DNA from: a virus
Virus record (IMG/VR): IMGVR_UViG_3300028800_000074
Span: 15,132-79,131 of that record
DNA length: 64,000 nucleotides
Strand: one strand, 5' to 3'
Both the position numbers and the translations under genes were made by a program. Position 1 is the first letter of the stretch. The number at the start of each line of letters is the position of its first letter. This document shows positions 7,411-16,565 of this stretch, piece after piece. The notes under the pieces were generated by a model, which made no database searches, was not told the DNA's origin, and worked only from the letters and a program-made list of their open reading frames with translations.

Positions 7411-10400
7411 ATGGCAGCGCGTAAGCGGCCGACCTCATCCCCCCGGGTGAGGCCCGGCATCCATATCTCGGCGGCCCTCCAGTCCCGTATCCTGCGGGCC
7501 AAGGACGGTCCGAGCTACGACCCGTTCAAGCCCTACGTTCACGATCAGGCGCTGCACCCGCCCGGCGTAACGATGGCGATGGACGACGCCTACAACTCCT
7601 TCAGCCCGACGGCTGGGTGGTCGGTCCGCAGCCTCGGCAGCGCTATCGCCGAGGGGCAGGTCTTCCTCGGCTACCCGACCTTGGCCGCGTTGCTTCAACG
7701 CGTCGAGTACATGAACGCGGTCATGTCCTACGCCGACGACATGACGCGGAAGTGGATCGAGTTCAAGGCGAGCGCCGGGACCGACAAGCAAGAGCGCATC
7801 GACGCGATTACAGACAAGTGGGACGCGCTTCAGGTGCAGGCGCGGATGAAGGATCATATCGCGCAGGCTCTCGGCTTCGGACGGGCGCACGTCTATCTCG
7901 ACACGGGCGACACCGATAATCCGGACGAGCTGAAGAAGGACATTGGCGACGGCGCTCGGTCTGCCGCCACGGCGTTCAAACTCCCGGGCAAGAAGGTGCT
8001 CGGGCTCAGGACGATTGAGCCGGTCTGGGTCAGCCCGCACGACTACGAGACCTCGAACCCGCTCAAGCCGAACTGGTACAAGCCCAACGCTTGGCACGTC
8101 ATGGCGCGCGAGGTTCATGCGAGCCGTCTTCTGACGACCATCCCGTTCCCGGTCTCCGACTTGCTCAAGCCCGCCTACTCGTTCGGCGGCATCCCGCTCA
8201 TCCAGATGGGCAAGCCATACGTCGACAACTGGCTGAACGTCAGACAGTCGACGACCGACATCGCCGAGGCCTACTCGATCTTCGTGCTTGCGACGAAGTT
8301 GCAGGACACGATGGCTGGCGGCAACGGAGACCAAGAAGTCCTCAACCGCGTGGCGCTCTTCAATCGATACCGCTCTAACAAGGGCACGATGGTCATCGAC
8401 AAGGAGACCGAGGACTTCAAGAACATCTCGGCCAATGTGTCCGGCATCGAGGCGATCCAAGCCGCGTCGCAGGAGCATATGAGCGCCGCATGGCGCATCC
8501 CGCTGGTCAAGCTCACCGGCATCTCGCCGTCCGGGCTCAATGCATCGAGCGAGGGCGAGATCAGGGTCTATTACGACCTGATCCGGAGCATGCAGGAAGG
8601 CCTCATCCGCCCCCTGCTCCAGATCGTCCTCGACTTCACGAGCATCGAGCTGTTCGGCGACGTCGATCCGGATATCACGTTCGACTTCGTCAAGCTCTTC
8701 GAGGTCACCGAGGTTGAGGCGGCCCAGATCAGGTCGGCCGATGCGCAGACCGGCACGGCGCTCATCCAGTCCGGCGTGATCTCGACCGAGGAAGAGCGGG
8801 CCCGCGTCTCCAACGACCCGGACAGCCCGTACATCGACCTCAAGGACACGCCGATCCCAGTCATGCCGGGCCCAGCCCCGGGTGAAGAGGGCTACGTCGG
8901 CGATCCGGATAACTGGCAGACCGCCCTCGAAGGGATCAACAAGCTCGGCGGCCTCCTGCCAGCGCCGGAGCCCGAGCAGCGCGCCTCACCCGGCGCATGG
9001 GAAGGGGTGCTCAAGGGCGTTCTCGCCAACGGTGGGCTTGAGAACCCGGACAACGACGGCATCGTGGCCTCCCCCGAGGCATGGAAGGCCGTGGGGGCGG
9101 GTTTGTCCGCTTCCGGGGGTCTCAGCACCCCAGACGGCTCCGAGGCCGTCCAGCAGCCTCTTGAGCCCGCCATAAGGCAGGTGTTCGGCAAGGACGCGCT
9201 CGAAGACGAGCCGCGCAAGGGTGCCGGGCAGGCTGGCGGTGGCGAATGGACGGCTCAGAGCGGCGGCGGCGCTCAGAAGTCCGCGCCCGGGAAAAATGGC
9301 ATTATTGCCGGTAATAATCCGGCCAAGCGTCCCCACGTCGCGCACTATGATCCGAAGGCGACGCAGGTCGACGCACAGGGCGTGGTTCACACCACGTCGG
9401 TCGTCGACGCCGCCCGGGCGCTCTATGACGGCAAGAAGGTCGACCTCAATCAGCCGAGAGAGGTCGCAACACTCGTCGACCATCTGGGCCAAGTCGCGAA
9501 GCATATGATCGCGATGGGCGATGCTGCGCCGAACTTCAACCTGTGCAACGTCAGCGTCGACAACACGAACATCTTCTGTGCGGTGAGCGAGGGCATCCCT
9601 CGCATCGACATGCCGCAGCTCCCGCCGAACCTGCACCCGTTCTTGTCGTTCCTCGGCGAGAAGGGTCTCGGCTTCCAGCCCGCGATGGAAAAGGCTGGCT
9701 ACCTCAGGGCGACGCAGAACGAGCTGATCGGCGCTAAGGTCGCGGCTATCGCCAAGGCGTTGCAGAACATCGATCCGCGCAAGCTCGACCCGCTCGTGGT
9801 CAGCAAGGACAACTATATCGTCGACGGTCACCATCGCTGGTCGGCGGAAGTGGCGATCTCGGCTGAGCAAGGCAACTTCGACCGGCCGCTCGAAATCTAT
9901 CGCGTCAACAGCGACATCTTGCCGCTGCTCAAGCTCGCCAACGACTTCACGGGCGGCAAGGGACATGTCGCCGGATCGCTCAAGCCGGGCGAGGCTGCGC
10001 TGAACCTGAAGACCGAGAACCATTTCCTTGATGGGGAGACCCACGCGCACGACGGCCGCCCTTTTGGCCTTGACGAGGCTCGACCGAATCAGGCCATGGA
10101 TGACTTCAGCCCGTCAGAACCGCGCAAGGGCGTGGGACAGGCTGGTGCAGGGGAGTGGACGGCGGAGGGTGGGGCTGCGGCTCCTTTTGGCAAAGGCAAG
10201 CAATCCGAGCCTTCCGCCGCTTCTCTAAGCGACAAGATCGTCTCAACCCGGAACGTGACAGCCAAGTCCACCAAGGGCGAGGCCGAGGGCAAGTACCTCC
10301 GCATCGACACCGATGCGATGAAGGCTGACCCTGAGCTGTTCAAGCACAACGTCGGCCTCTTCAAGCGCGGCGACCTCTACCCCGGTATGAAGCCCGACGA

Positions 10401-11496
10401 ACTGAAGGGCTCCGAGCAAGAGGTCGCCAAGGCCGTCATCGAGCGCATGCGCGACAACCTCGACTTCCTCGTCGGGATGGTGCCGAAGGACAAGATCAAG
10501 GCGTGGGCGCACTGGTATGAGGGGGCGCACAAATTCGCAGAGGACTTCGGCAAGAAGTATGGCGTCGACACGGCGAGCGCGGCAGGCGTGATCGCGGCCC
10601 TCTCGCCGCAGAGGCCGTGGGACGAGAACGTCTACTTCGCGGATCGCGTGATGGACATCATGAAGAACCATCCCCACGACAAGTGGGACGACGCGATGAA
10701 GTCGACCGGCGAGAGGATTTGGACGAGCGCCAAGAACGCGCCGATCCTGAAGGCCATCGAAGGCAAGCGCCTCGACGAACTTGACGACCCAGTCGCTCAG
10801 GCGGCGTGGATCAGGACGTGGAACGAGGCGCACGAAGACCGCAAGTTCGAGATCGCGAAGCCGGACGGCACGTTCGGCGGCAAGATGAAGACGGCGGCCG
10901 GAGGCTATGACACCGCGTCATGGGGATCGCTTGCGCAGACCGTGAACGCGATCCACGCTTTCCAGAGCGGCGGCGACCCGAAGAAGCTCTCCGCAATCTT
11001 GGGTGAGAGACACAAGGTTCGCAGCTTCTACAACAACATCATCGCCCCTGATGATCCTAACGGCGACGTGACGGTCGATACGCATGCTGTTGGAGCGGCG
11101 TGGTTGCAGCCGACCTCGGGGACTTCCGCTTCGGTCTGGCACAACCTAGCTAACAATCCGGGCGCAGAGGGCAAGGACCCGTTCCGGCCGAAGAACTGGG
11201 TAGCAGCCAAGGGCTCGGCGAAGCTCGGCGTGAGAGGCACGTATCCGCTCTATGCCGACGCCTATCGAGAGGCGGCGAAGGATTTGGGGCTCAAGCCCCG
11301 CGAGGTTCAGTCGGTCGCGTGGGAGATGAAGCAGCGCCTGTTCAGCGACAAGCTGACCGGCGAGAGGGTTCAGAAGGCCGTCAACGAGGTCTGGGAAGAC
11401 TACCGTGACGGCAAGCTCTCGCTGAAGGATGCGCGAGAGAAGGTAGTCTCGGTCGCGACGGCTATGCGCCCCGACCACAAGATCGACTTCAACTGA
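7411..11496 (+). CDS. Portal protein (DUF1073 type) with two fused C-terminal cargo domains (ParB-like; HhH-glycosylase-like)
   Basis: DMTRKWI, VHASRL, RIPLVKLTGISPSGLNASSEGE...YYD portal motifs in aa 1-490; IVDGHHRW; WY...AGVIAALSPQ...KVRSFYNN...VTVDTH. Confidence 0.9.
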   Translation: MAARKRPTSSPRVRPGIHISAALQSRILRAKDGPSYDPFKPYVHDQALHPPGVTMAMDDAYNSFSPTAGWSVRSLGSAIAEGQVFLGYPTLAALLQRVEYMNAVMSYADDMTRKWIEFKASAGTDKQERIDAITDKWDALQVQARMKDHIAQALGFGRAHVYLDTGDTDNPDELKKDIGDGARSAATAFKLPGKKVLGLRTIEPVWVSPHDYETSNPLKPNWYKPNAWHVMAREVHASRLLTTIPFPVSDLLKPAYSFGGIPLIQMGKPYVDNWLNVRQSTTDIAEAYSIFVLATKLQDTMAGGNGDQEVLNRVALFNRYRSNKGTMVIDKETEDFKNISANVSGIEAIQAASQEHMSAAWRIPLVKLTGISPSGLNASSEGEIRVYYDLIRSMQEGLIRPLLQIVLDFTSIELFGDVDPDITFDFVKLFEVTEVEAAQIRSADAQTGTALIQSGVISTEEERARVSNDPDSPYIDLKDTPIPVMPGPAPGEEGYVGDPDNWQTALEGINKLGGLLPAPEPEQRASPGAWEGVLKGVLANGGLENPDNDGIVASPEAWKAVGAGLSASGGLSTPDGSEAVQQPLEPAIRQVFGKDALEDEPRKGAGQAGGGEWTAQSGGGAQKSAPGKNGIIAGNNPAKRPHVAHYDPKATQVDAQGVVHTTSVVDAARALYDGKKVDLNQPREVATLVDHLGQVAKHMIAMGDAAPNFNLCNVSVDNTNIFCAVSEGIPRIDMPQLPPNLHPFLSFLGEKGLGFQPAMEKAGYLRATQNELIGAKVAAIAKALQNIDPRKLDPLVVSKDNYIVDGHHRWSAEVAISAEQGNFDRPLEIYRVNSDILPLLKLANDFTGGKGHVAGSLKPGEAALNLKTENHFLDGETHAHDGRPFGLDEARPNQAMDDFSPSEPRKGVGQAGAGEWTAEGGAAAPFGKGKQSEPSAASLSDKIVSTRNVTAKSTKGEAEGKYLRIDTDAMKADPELFKHNVGLFKRGDLYPGMKPDELKGSEQEVAKAVIERMRDNLDFLVGMVPKDKIKAWAHWYEGAHKFAEDFGKKYGVDTASAAGVIAALSPQRPWDENVYFADRVMDIMKNHPHDKWDDAMKSTGERIWTSAKNAPILKAIEGKRLDELDDPVAQAAWIRTWNEAHEDRKFEIAKPDGTFGGKMKTAAGGYDTASWGSLAQTVNAIHAFQSGGDPKKLSAILGERHKVRSFYNNIIAPDDPNGDVTVDTHAVGAAWLQPTSGTSASVWHNLANNPGAEGKDPFRPKNWVAAKGSAKLGVRGTYPLYADAYREAAKDLGLKPREVQSVAWEMKQRLFSDKLTGERVQKAVNEVWEDYRDGKLSLKDAREKVVSVATAMRPDHKIDFN
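8902..9126 (+). repeat. Three 28-aa (84-bp period) repeats PxxWxxxxxGxxxxGGL in the portal linker
   Basis: Trp codons at 8914, 8998 and 9082, exactly 84 nt apart. Confidence 0.8.
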
Positions 11497-11518
11497 ACCT
11501 CGGGAGTTTTCGTGCGAC

Positions 11519-11965
11519 ATGACCACAGAGGATGCGAAGGCGGGTCTTAATCTGGTGATGGCCTACGCCGGTAGGTGGGCGCTGGGCGTCATTGCCTCGG
11601 CGCTTGTCTCAATAGGGCTTTACGCCGTCCACCAGAACAACGACATCACGGGCCTCCTGTCGTCGCACACGCAAAACTTCGTGAGCATGCAGCGCGAGAT
11701 CGACGAGATTAAGGGCGACATCGCCAACCACAACAAGCAGATCGACGATACGCAGAGGCAGATCAAGTCGGACCTGAGCGAGGCGCAGAAAGAGTCGCAG
11801 ACGCAACTGGAGCGTCGGCAGGACGAGATCATGAGCGCGGTGCATGACGTAACGCGCGCCGTAATCGCCGCGCACTCCGACCTGATGTCTCTTCGGGCTG
11901 GTCTTTTGAACGCGAAGCCGGGTATTGTCATCCCGTTCGAAGATTCGAGCCGGGCCGAGAAATGA
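11519..11965 (+). CDS. Membrane-anchored coiled-coil protein
   Basis: One N-terminal TM (WALGVIASALVSIGLYAV) followed by heptad-rich helix. Confidence 0.75.
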   Translation: MTTEDAKAGLNLVMAYAGRWALGVIASALVSIGLYAVHQNNDITGLLSSHTQNFVSMQREIDEIKGDIANHNKQIDDTQRQIKSDLSEAQKESQTQLERRQDEIMSAVHDVTRAVIAAHSDLMSLRAGLLNAKPGIVIPFEDSSRAEK

Positions 11966-12309
11966 GATCGCAACTGATCATCGTGTTCACGGTCGCCTCT
12001 CTGGGCCAATCGGCCTCAGCGCACGCTGGCGACTGGACCGCGCAGGTCGTCGAGCGAACGCAAGGCGGGCCAGCGGCGGTCTGTAACGGTGAGCAGAGGA
12101 TCGTCGTCACGAAGAAGCGTGACGGCACCTTCGTCATCGACGGGCCGACCTGCCTTGTTCCAAGAGCGCCTGCAAATAGCTGGGCTCCTCCGCCTCCGAG
12201 GCCGCCGAGCAAGACGGTCCCTCGAAGGGTCTACCACGAGCGCTATGAGCGGCCTCACCACAAGGGTCGCGCAGGGCTGTTCGACTTCCTGTTCGGTAAG
12301 CACCAATGA
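11962..12309 (+). CDS. Exported small protein (signal peptide, 2 Cys, Pro-rich tail)
   Basis: MRSQLIIVFTVASLGQSASAHA|G. Confidence 0.7.
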   Translation: MRSQLIIVFTVASLGQSASAHAGDWTAQVVERTQGGPAAVCNGEQRIVVTKKRDGTFVIDGPTCLVPRAPANSWAPPPPRPPSKTVPRRVYHERYERPHHKGRAGLFDFLFGKHQ

Positions 12310-13976
12310 ACACGCCCGGCTCCATCGCCGTCCTCAAGTTCATGACGGAGAACGACATCCCGCTCACCCGGGAGAACTTCGTCAACACGAACTGGGGCGG
12401 CAACCCGCCTCGCCCGTGGGACGCCGAGGCCGAAGAAGAGATACCACTGGAGCTGGCCGAGTTCGGCGAGCCGGAAGAGAACCGCGAGCTTCTGGAAGAC
12501 CGTGGCGACCTCGCTGGCGACGACTGGGCCGTGATGGCATCCGGCAAGATCGTCGAAGTCCCCGCTGGCACCAAGGCTGGCGACACAGCCCCGGACATCT
12601 GGGCCAAGGACGCCTTCGACCCGCAGGAGCCGCGCAAGGACGACGGCGAGTGGACGTCGGGAGGCGGGGGCGGCGGAGCGAAGGCTGAGAAGGAGCCGGT
12701 CGTCGACGTGCCCGCATATGAGTGGGCGAAGCGTCAGATCGACAAGCACACGAAGAACAGCAAGCTGCGCGCCAAGCAGCACGAGTGGATGGCGCGGCAC
12801 AAGCAGAACGTCGACGCCTTCTTCAAGAAGAGCGACATCAAGGTCGCGCTCGACAAGGTCGCCAAGGATGCGACATCGACCACGTCGTTCACCGTCGGCG
12901 CGGCGCTCAATAAGGGCGCGGACGTCGTCTCTGATGCGCTTCAGGACGCCTTGATCGCGGTGGCGGTCGGAGCTGGCGTCGCAGCCTTCGGCGTCGGAGG
13001 TTGGCAGGTCGCAGGATCGGCGGCGCTCGCTTACGCGGTCGAAGAGCTTGGCGACTGGCTCGGGCTCACGCCGGAGAACGCGGTCAAGCTCATCAAGGCC
13101 GGAGTGCAGGAGATCGGGAAGGCGCTGAAGAAGCGCCCCCAGAAGGACGAGAACGACGACGGGATGTTCAGCCTTCTGTCGGCTCTCCCGTGGGATCACC
13201 CGGTCGACCCGAAGACGAACCCGTTCATCGAAGGCGAAGAGTTCGTGTCTCCGAACGTCAAGACTGGTCTCGATCTTCAGGACGCGATCAAGGAGACGAC
13301 GTCGCCGCGCCACAAGACGATGATCAAGGCGGCGCGCGACATCAACAAGCTCATCGGCTTCGAGAGCGAAGAACACTCAGCGATTGGCGCTTGGCTCGAC
13401 GGCGCAGAGAACAGCGTGATGTCTGTCACGCACGGCGCGACCATGGCTCAGCTCAGGACGGCGGCGGCGATGGAGGGGGCGCTTGCAAACCAGCGCTCGG
13501 TGATGATCGTCAACGAGAACGTCGGCGGCAAGGGGCTGCTCTATCACTTCGACGTCAAGGGCGACGTTCAGTCGATCCACGACGGCTTGCTGGCGAGCGG
13601 CGTCGAGTTCCACACCATCGTTCCTTCCGCCGACGGCAAGTTCACGGTATATGTCGCCTCGGCTGATTCGTCACAACGAGAGTTCAAGGCGGTTCAGAAG
13701 GCGGCGGAGCGCTTCAATGCCAAAGTCGAGTACCACAGGGTCGACGCCGAACTCGTCGGATCGGACAAAGAAGACGGCACCGACGCCGAGCAGCGAGAAG
13801 ACGCCCAGTCCCGTTACGGATCAATCATTGAAGGCGGCGGGGTTCAAGGAGCCAAAGCCATCTGGGGCCGGGTTTATTCTCGGTACAAGGCCGCCTTCGA
13901 AGACAGAGCCGTAAAGAAGCCTCGTGAAGAGAGGCCGCCGTGGCGGACGCAACAGGCTGAGGGGGCGAGAGCGTGA
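12306..13976 (+). CDS. Putative internal head/cargo protein carrying the EPR-GEW tag
   Basis: WAKD|AFDPQEPRKDDGEWTSGGGGG at about aa 100; central hydrophobic hairpin; located between portal and MuF. Confidence 0.75.
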   Translation: MNTPGSIAVLKFMTENDIPLTRENFVNTNWGGNPPRPWDAEAEEEIPLELAEFGEPEENRELLEDRGDLAGDDWAVMASGKIVEVPAGTKAGDTAPDIWAKDAFDPQEPRKDDGEWTSGGGGGGAKAEKEPVVDVPAYEWAKRQIDKHTKNSKLRAKQHEWMARHKQNVDAFFKKSDIKVALDKVAKDATSTTSFTVGAALNKGADVVSDALQDALIAVAVGAGVAAFGVGGWQVAGSAALAYAVEELGDWLGLTPENAVKLIKAGVQEIGKALKKRPQKDENDDGMFSLLSALPWDHPVDPKTNPFIEGEEFVSPNVKTGLDLQDAIKETTSPRHKTMIKAARDINKLIGFESEEHSAIGAWLDGAENSVMSVTHGATMAQLRTAAAMEGALANQRSVMIVNENVGGKGLLYHFDVKGDVQSIHDGLLASGVEFHTIVPSADGKFTVYVASADSSQREFKAVQKAAERFNAKVEYHRVDAELVGSDKEDGTDAEQREDAQSRYGSIIEGGGVQGAKAIWGRVYSRYKAAFEDRAVKKPREERPPWRTQQAEGARA

Positions 13977-14182
13977 CGCTCGAAGAAGAGCTTTTCAAAA
14001 GAGCGCAGCTTGAGGCTGAGGCGGATCGCATCCTCAGCATCGGCATCGCGCATAATCGAAAGGTGCAGCGAAACGCCAAGCGCCTTAAGCACTGGACTGG
14101 GGGCCGCCTCACCACGGCCGAGATCAATCAGATGACGGCTGAGATGAGGGCGAGGGCTGGTGACGGCAAGGTTCTCGGGTAA
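13973..14182 (+). CDS. Hypothetical protein
   Basis: GTGA overlap. Confidence 0.55.
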   Translation: MTLEEELFKRAQLEAEADRILSIGIAHNRKVQRNAKRLKHWTGGRLTTAEINQMTAEMRARAGDGKVLG

Positions 14183-15083
14183 GTGGTGCGGGCAGCCTTA
14201 CGGCAAGCCCAGCGTGCTGCTCACCCTTCCAAACCTCATGGGTCTCGACGCCAAGGCGTCAGGGAAGCCCGCTGGCGGCCGTCGGCCGTCCGTCGCGGTA
14301 GGCAGGCCCCTGCATCCGAACCTCGGTCTGGCGGCCTCCTATGGGGCGCGGCTGACCTCTCTGATCGACGAGATGCACCGGAGCGTTATCTATTGGCTCA
14401 AGGCCGAGTATCGAGCTAACCCACCAGCGACCATGGCGTTCGACGATCTCGCATCGAAGACACTGGCCGAGACGATGAAGGGTTTGGCGAAGCGGTGGCT
14501 AGGACGCTTCGATGAAATGGCGGAGAGGCTGGCCCGTTATTTCGCCCAGTCCGTATCCAAGCGGACCGACGACGCGCTCAGGAAGATTTTGAGCGACGGC
14601 GGCATGGCGCTCAGGGACTGGAAGACGACCGCCGCCCAGAAGGATGCGCTCGCGGCCATCGTCCACGAGAACGTGTCGCTGATCAAATCGATCCCGCGCG
14701 AGTATCTCGGCAAGGTCGAGCGCGACGTGATGCGGTCGGTCGCGGCCGGTCGAGACCTGAAGCAGCTCGAAGACGATCTTCAGGCACACTTCGGGGTGAC
14801 CCGAGACAGGGCTAGGCTGATCGCGGTCGACCAGAACAACAAGGCGACGGCGATGCTGCGCCGCGTCCGCGCCGTCGAGGCGGGCACGTTCACATGGGAG
14901 TGGATGCACTCCAGCGCAGGCAAGACGCCGCGCCCGACGCATCTCGCGGCCGGACGTCGTGGCCAGCGGTTCGACATCCGAGAGGGATGGTTCGATCCGC
15001 ATGAGGGCCGCAAGGTTCAGCCGGGCGAATTGATCCGGTGCCGATGTACTTGCCGACCGGTTTTCCCCGGCCTACCGTCCTGA
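14160..15083 (+). CDS. Head morphogenesis protein (MuF / SPP1 gp7 family)
   Basis: ENVSLIKSI, RARLIAVDQNNKA, PRPTH, PGELIRCRC. Confidence 0.92.
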   Translation: MTARFSGKWCGQPYGKPSVLLTLPNLMGLDAKASGKPAGGRRPSVAVGRPLHPNLGLAASYGARLTSLIDEMHRSVIYWLKAEYRANPPATMAFDDLASKTLAETMKGLAKRWLGRFDEMAERLARYFAQSVSKRTDDALRKILSDGGMALRDWKTTAAQKDALAAIVHENVSLIKSIPREYLGKVERDVMRSVAAGRDLKQLEDDLQAHFGVTRDRARLIAVDQNNKATAMLRRVRAVEAGTFTWEWMHSSAGKTPRPTHLAAGRRGQRFDIREGWFDPHEGRKVQPGELIRCRCTCRPVFPGLPS

Positions 15084-15128
15084 AAGGTGATTCGGCGTTG
15101 CCGACACCACGTTGGAAGGAGAGAGCCA

Positions 15129-15515
15129 ATGCCGCGTGGAAAAGCGAAGATGCCGATGAGGCTGAGACATCCGCCGACCCAGAACTATCACCGGGATGAG
15201 CCAGCGCCGCCGACGCACCGGCCTCCACCCAGCGCCGGGGCCGAAGGCAAGAGCACTGGACTTCACTCGGTCCAGTACGACTTCGATATTCGCGTAAGCG
15301 AACTGGTTCGCTTCAACGAGCGTCTTGAGCGCCTTCGCAACGAGTTGCTGGGGGTGGCGGACATGAGCGGCGAAGGACAGGAGCAGAAGCCCGAGCCGAT
15401 GGGCATCCTCCCAAGGTCGCAAGCGTCGTGTGCTGCAATCGGGGGTCAGATCGTTCACGCGAACGACGTCCTTGATGACATTATGACCGCGTGCGGCGTC
15501 GTGGAGAATTATTGA
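15129..15515 (+). CDS. Hypothetical protein
   Basis: GGAAGGAGAGAG RBS before ATG 15129. Confidence 0.65.
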   Translation: MPRGKAKMPMRLRHPPTQNYHRDEPAPPTHRPPPSAGAEGKSTGLHSVQYDFDIRVSELVRFNERLERLRNELLGVADMSGEGQEQKPEPMGILPRSQASCAAIGGQIVHANDVLDDIMTACGVVENY

Positions 15516-15526
15516 AGGGTTTCGAC

Positions 15527-15643
15527 ATGAAACTGGCGCTCGCGGTCTTCTTCATCTTCACGCTCGCAGGCTGCGCGGCCGGTCCGGGCTCGACGCAGAA
15601 CTGCTTTCTGTCTCCGGGGCAGCAGGGCTGCTTCACGCCGTGA
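15527..15643 (+). CDS. Small lipoprotein, 38 aa (not in ORF track)
   Basis: MKLALAVFFIFTLAG|CAAGPGSTQNCFLSPGQQGCFTP; canonical lipobox LAGC; stop overlaps GTG 15640. Confidence 0.75.
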   Translation: MKLALAVFFIFTLAGCAAGPGSTQNCFLSPGQQGCFTP

Positions 15644-15843
15644 CGACGCCAGACTTCGATGAGCGCCAGTTCCTGCTCAACATCTACTCCGGGCCGCGCG
15701 TCAGTCTGGAGTGGGTCAATGACTTCGAGTCGGCGCGGGCCCGCGCCGACGCTCTTCTTCGTGCTGGCGGGGTTGATCGCGTTGTCGTTCATGGGCCGGA
15801 CGTCGCTGGCCCGTTCGAGGCCCGGACCCCCTACCATGGCTGA
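15640..15843 (+). CDS. Hypothetical protein
   Basis: Overlap-coupled ORF. Confidence 0.55.
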   Translation: MTTPDFDERQFLLNIYSGPRVSLEWVNDFESARARADALLRAGGVDRVVVHGPDVAGPFEARTPYHG

Positions 15844-16105
15844 GACTGAGCAGCCGCTGATCGGCACCTTCTGCGAGACGTACAGGATCAAGAACGCGAC
15901 GAGCGAGATCGGCGGCTTCTGGCGTATCGGCATGTTCTTCTGCGATGCGCAGGACGCCGCGACGGCCGAGAAGGTGGCGAAGTACAAGGCGATGCAGAAG
16001 CACGGCCTCATGCCCTATTTTCTGTCGACGGCGAGGGTGATCCCGTTCGGGTTGCCTGACCCCGGCCAAGCGCTGCGCAAGAAGGTCGAGAAGAAAACCA
16101 AATGA
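15836..16105 (+). CDS. Hypothetical protein
   Basis: Probable start MAETEQP; overlap-coupled. Confidence 0.6.
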   Translation: MAETEQPLIGTFCETYRIKNATSEIGGFWRIGMFFCDAQDAATAEKVAKYKAMQKHGLMPYFLSTARVIPFGLPDPGQALRKKVEKKTK

Positions 16106-16299
16106 GCCGGAAGCTGGCGGTCCTGTTCGACCTCTTGGAAACCGTGGTCATCGACAAACAGGTTGAGGCGAAGATCGTCGAGATCACGGCCCTCCCAGCT
16201 CAGAACGGTGAGGTCCGCATCCTCTACCACGTCGAATGGTTCAACAACGGCGCGCTCCTTTCAGCGAACATCGACGAGGACAGGCTGACCGCGAAATGA
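16102..16299 (+). CDS. Hypothetical protein (small SH3-like)
   Basis: ATGA overlaps; YxVxW motif. Confidence 0.65.
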   Translation: MSRKLAVLFDLLETVVIDKQVEAKIVEITALPAQNGEVRILYHVEWFNNGALLSANIDEDRLTAK

Positions 16300-16565
16300 G
16301 CTTCGGCTGGCGCAAGGCTTTACGCGAAATGTTCGGTCTCAAGTCGCCGGATGATGCCCGGTCCGAGCAGTCCCAGCCGAAGCTCTTCGCCGATGGGACA
16401 TGGGCTCCAAGGGTCTTCACGAGGGTGTGGAGGTCGTCGAACGGGAACACGACGCTTATTCTCAACTTCGACGAAGACCCGAACCGAGATGGGTGGAACT
16501 GGGGCCGACCGTGGACGAGGCTGACCGAGATCGCGCCCGGCATGTTTCGAGGCGATGATCGATGA
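16296..16565 (+). CDS. Hypothetical protein
   Basis: ATGA overlap. Confidence 0.6.
   Translation: MSFGWRKALREMFGLKSPDDARSEQSQPKLFADGTWAPRVFTRVWRSSNGNTTLILNFDEDPNRDGWNWGRPWTRLTEIAPGMFRGDDR

Noticed and set aside
7435-13376. Long - strand ORFs (347, 354, 373 aa) opposite the portal and 12306 genes
   Set aside because: Typical shadow ORFs of GC-rich coding DNA; no motifs or RBS, fully overlapped by well-supported genes
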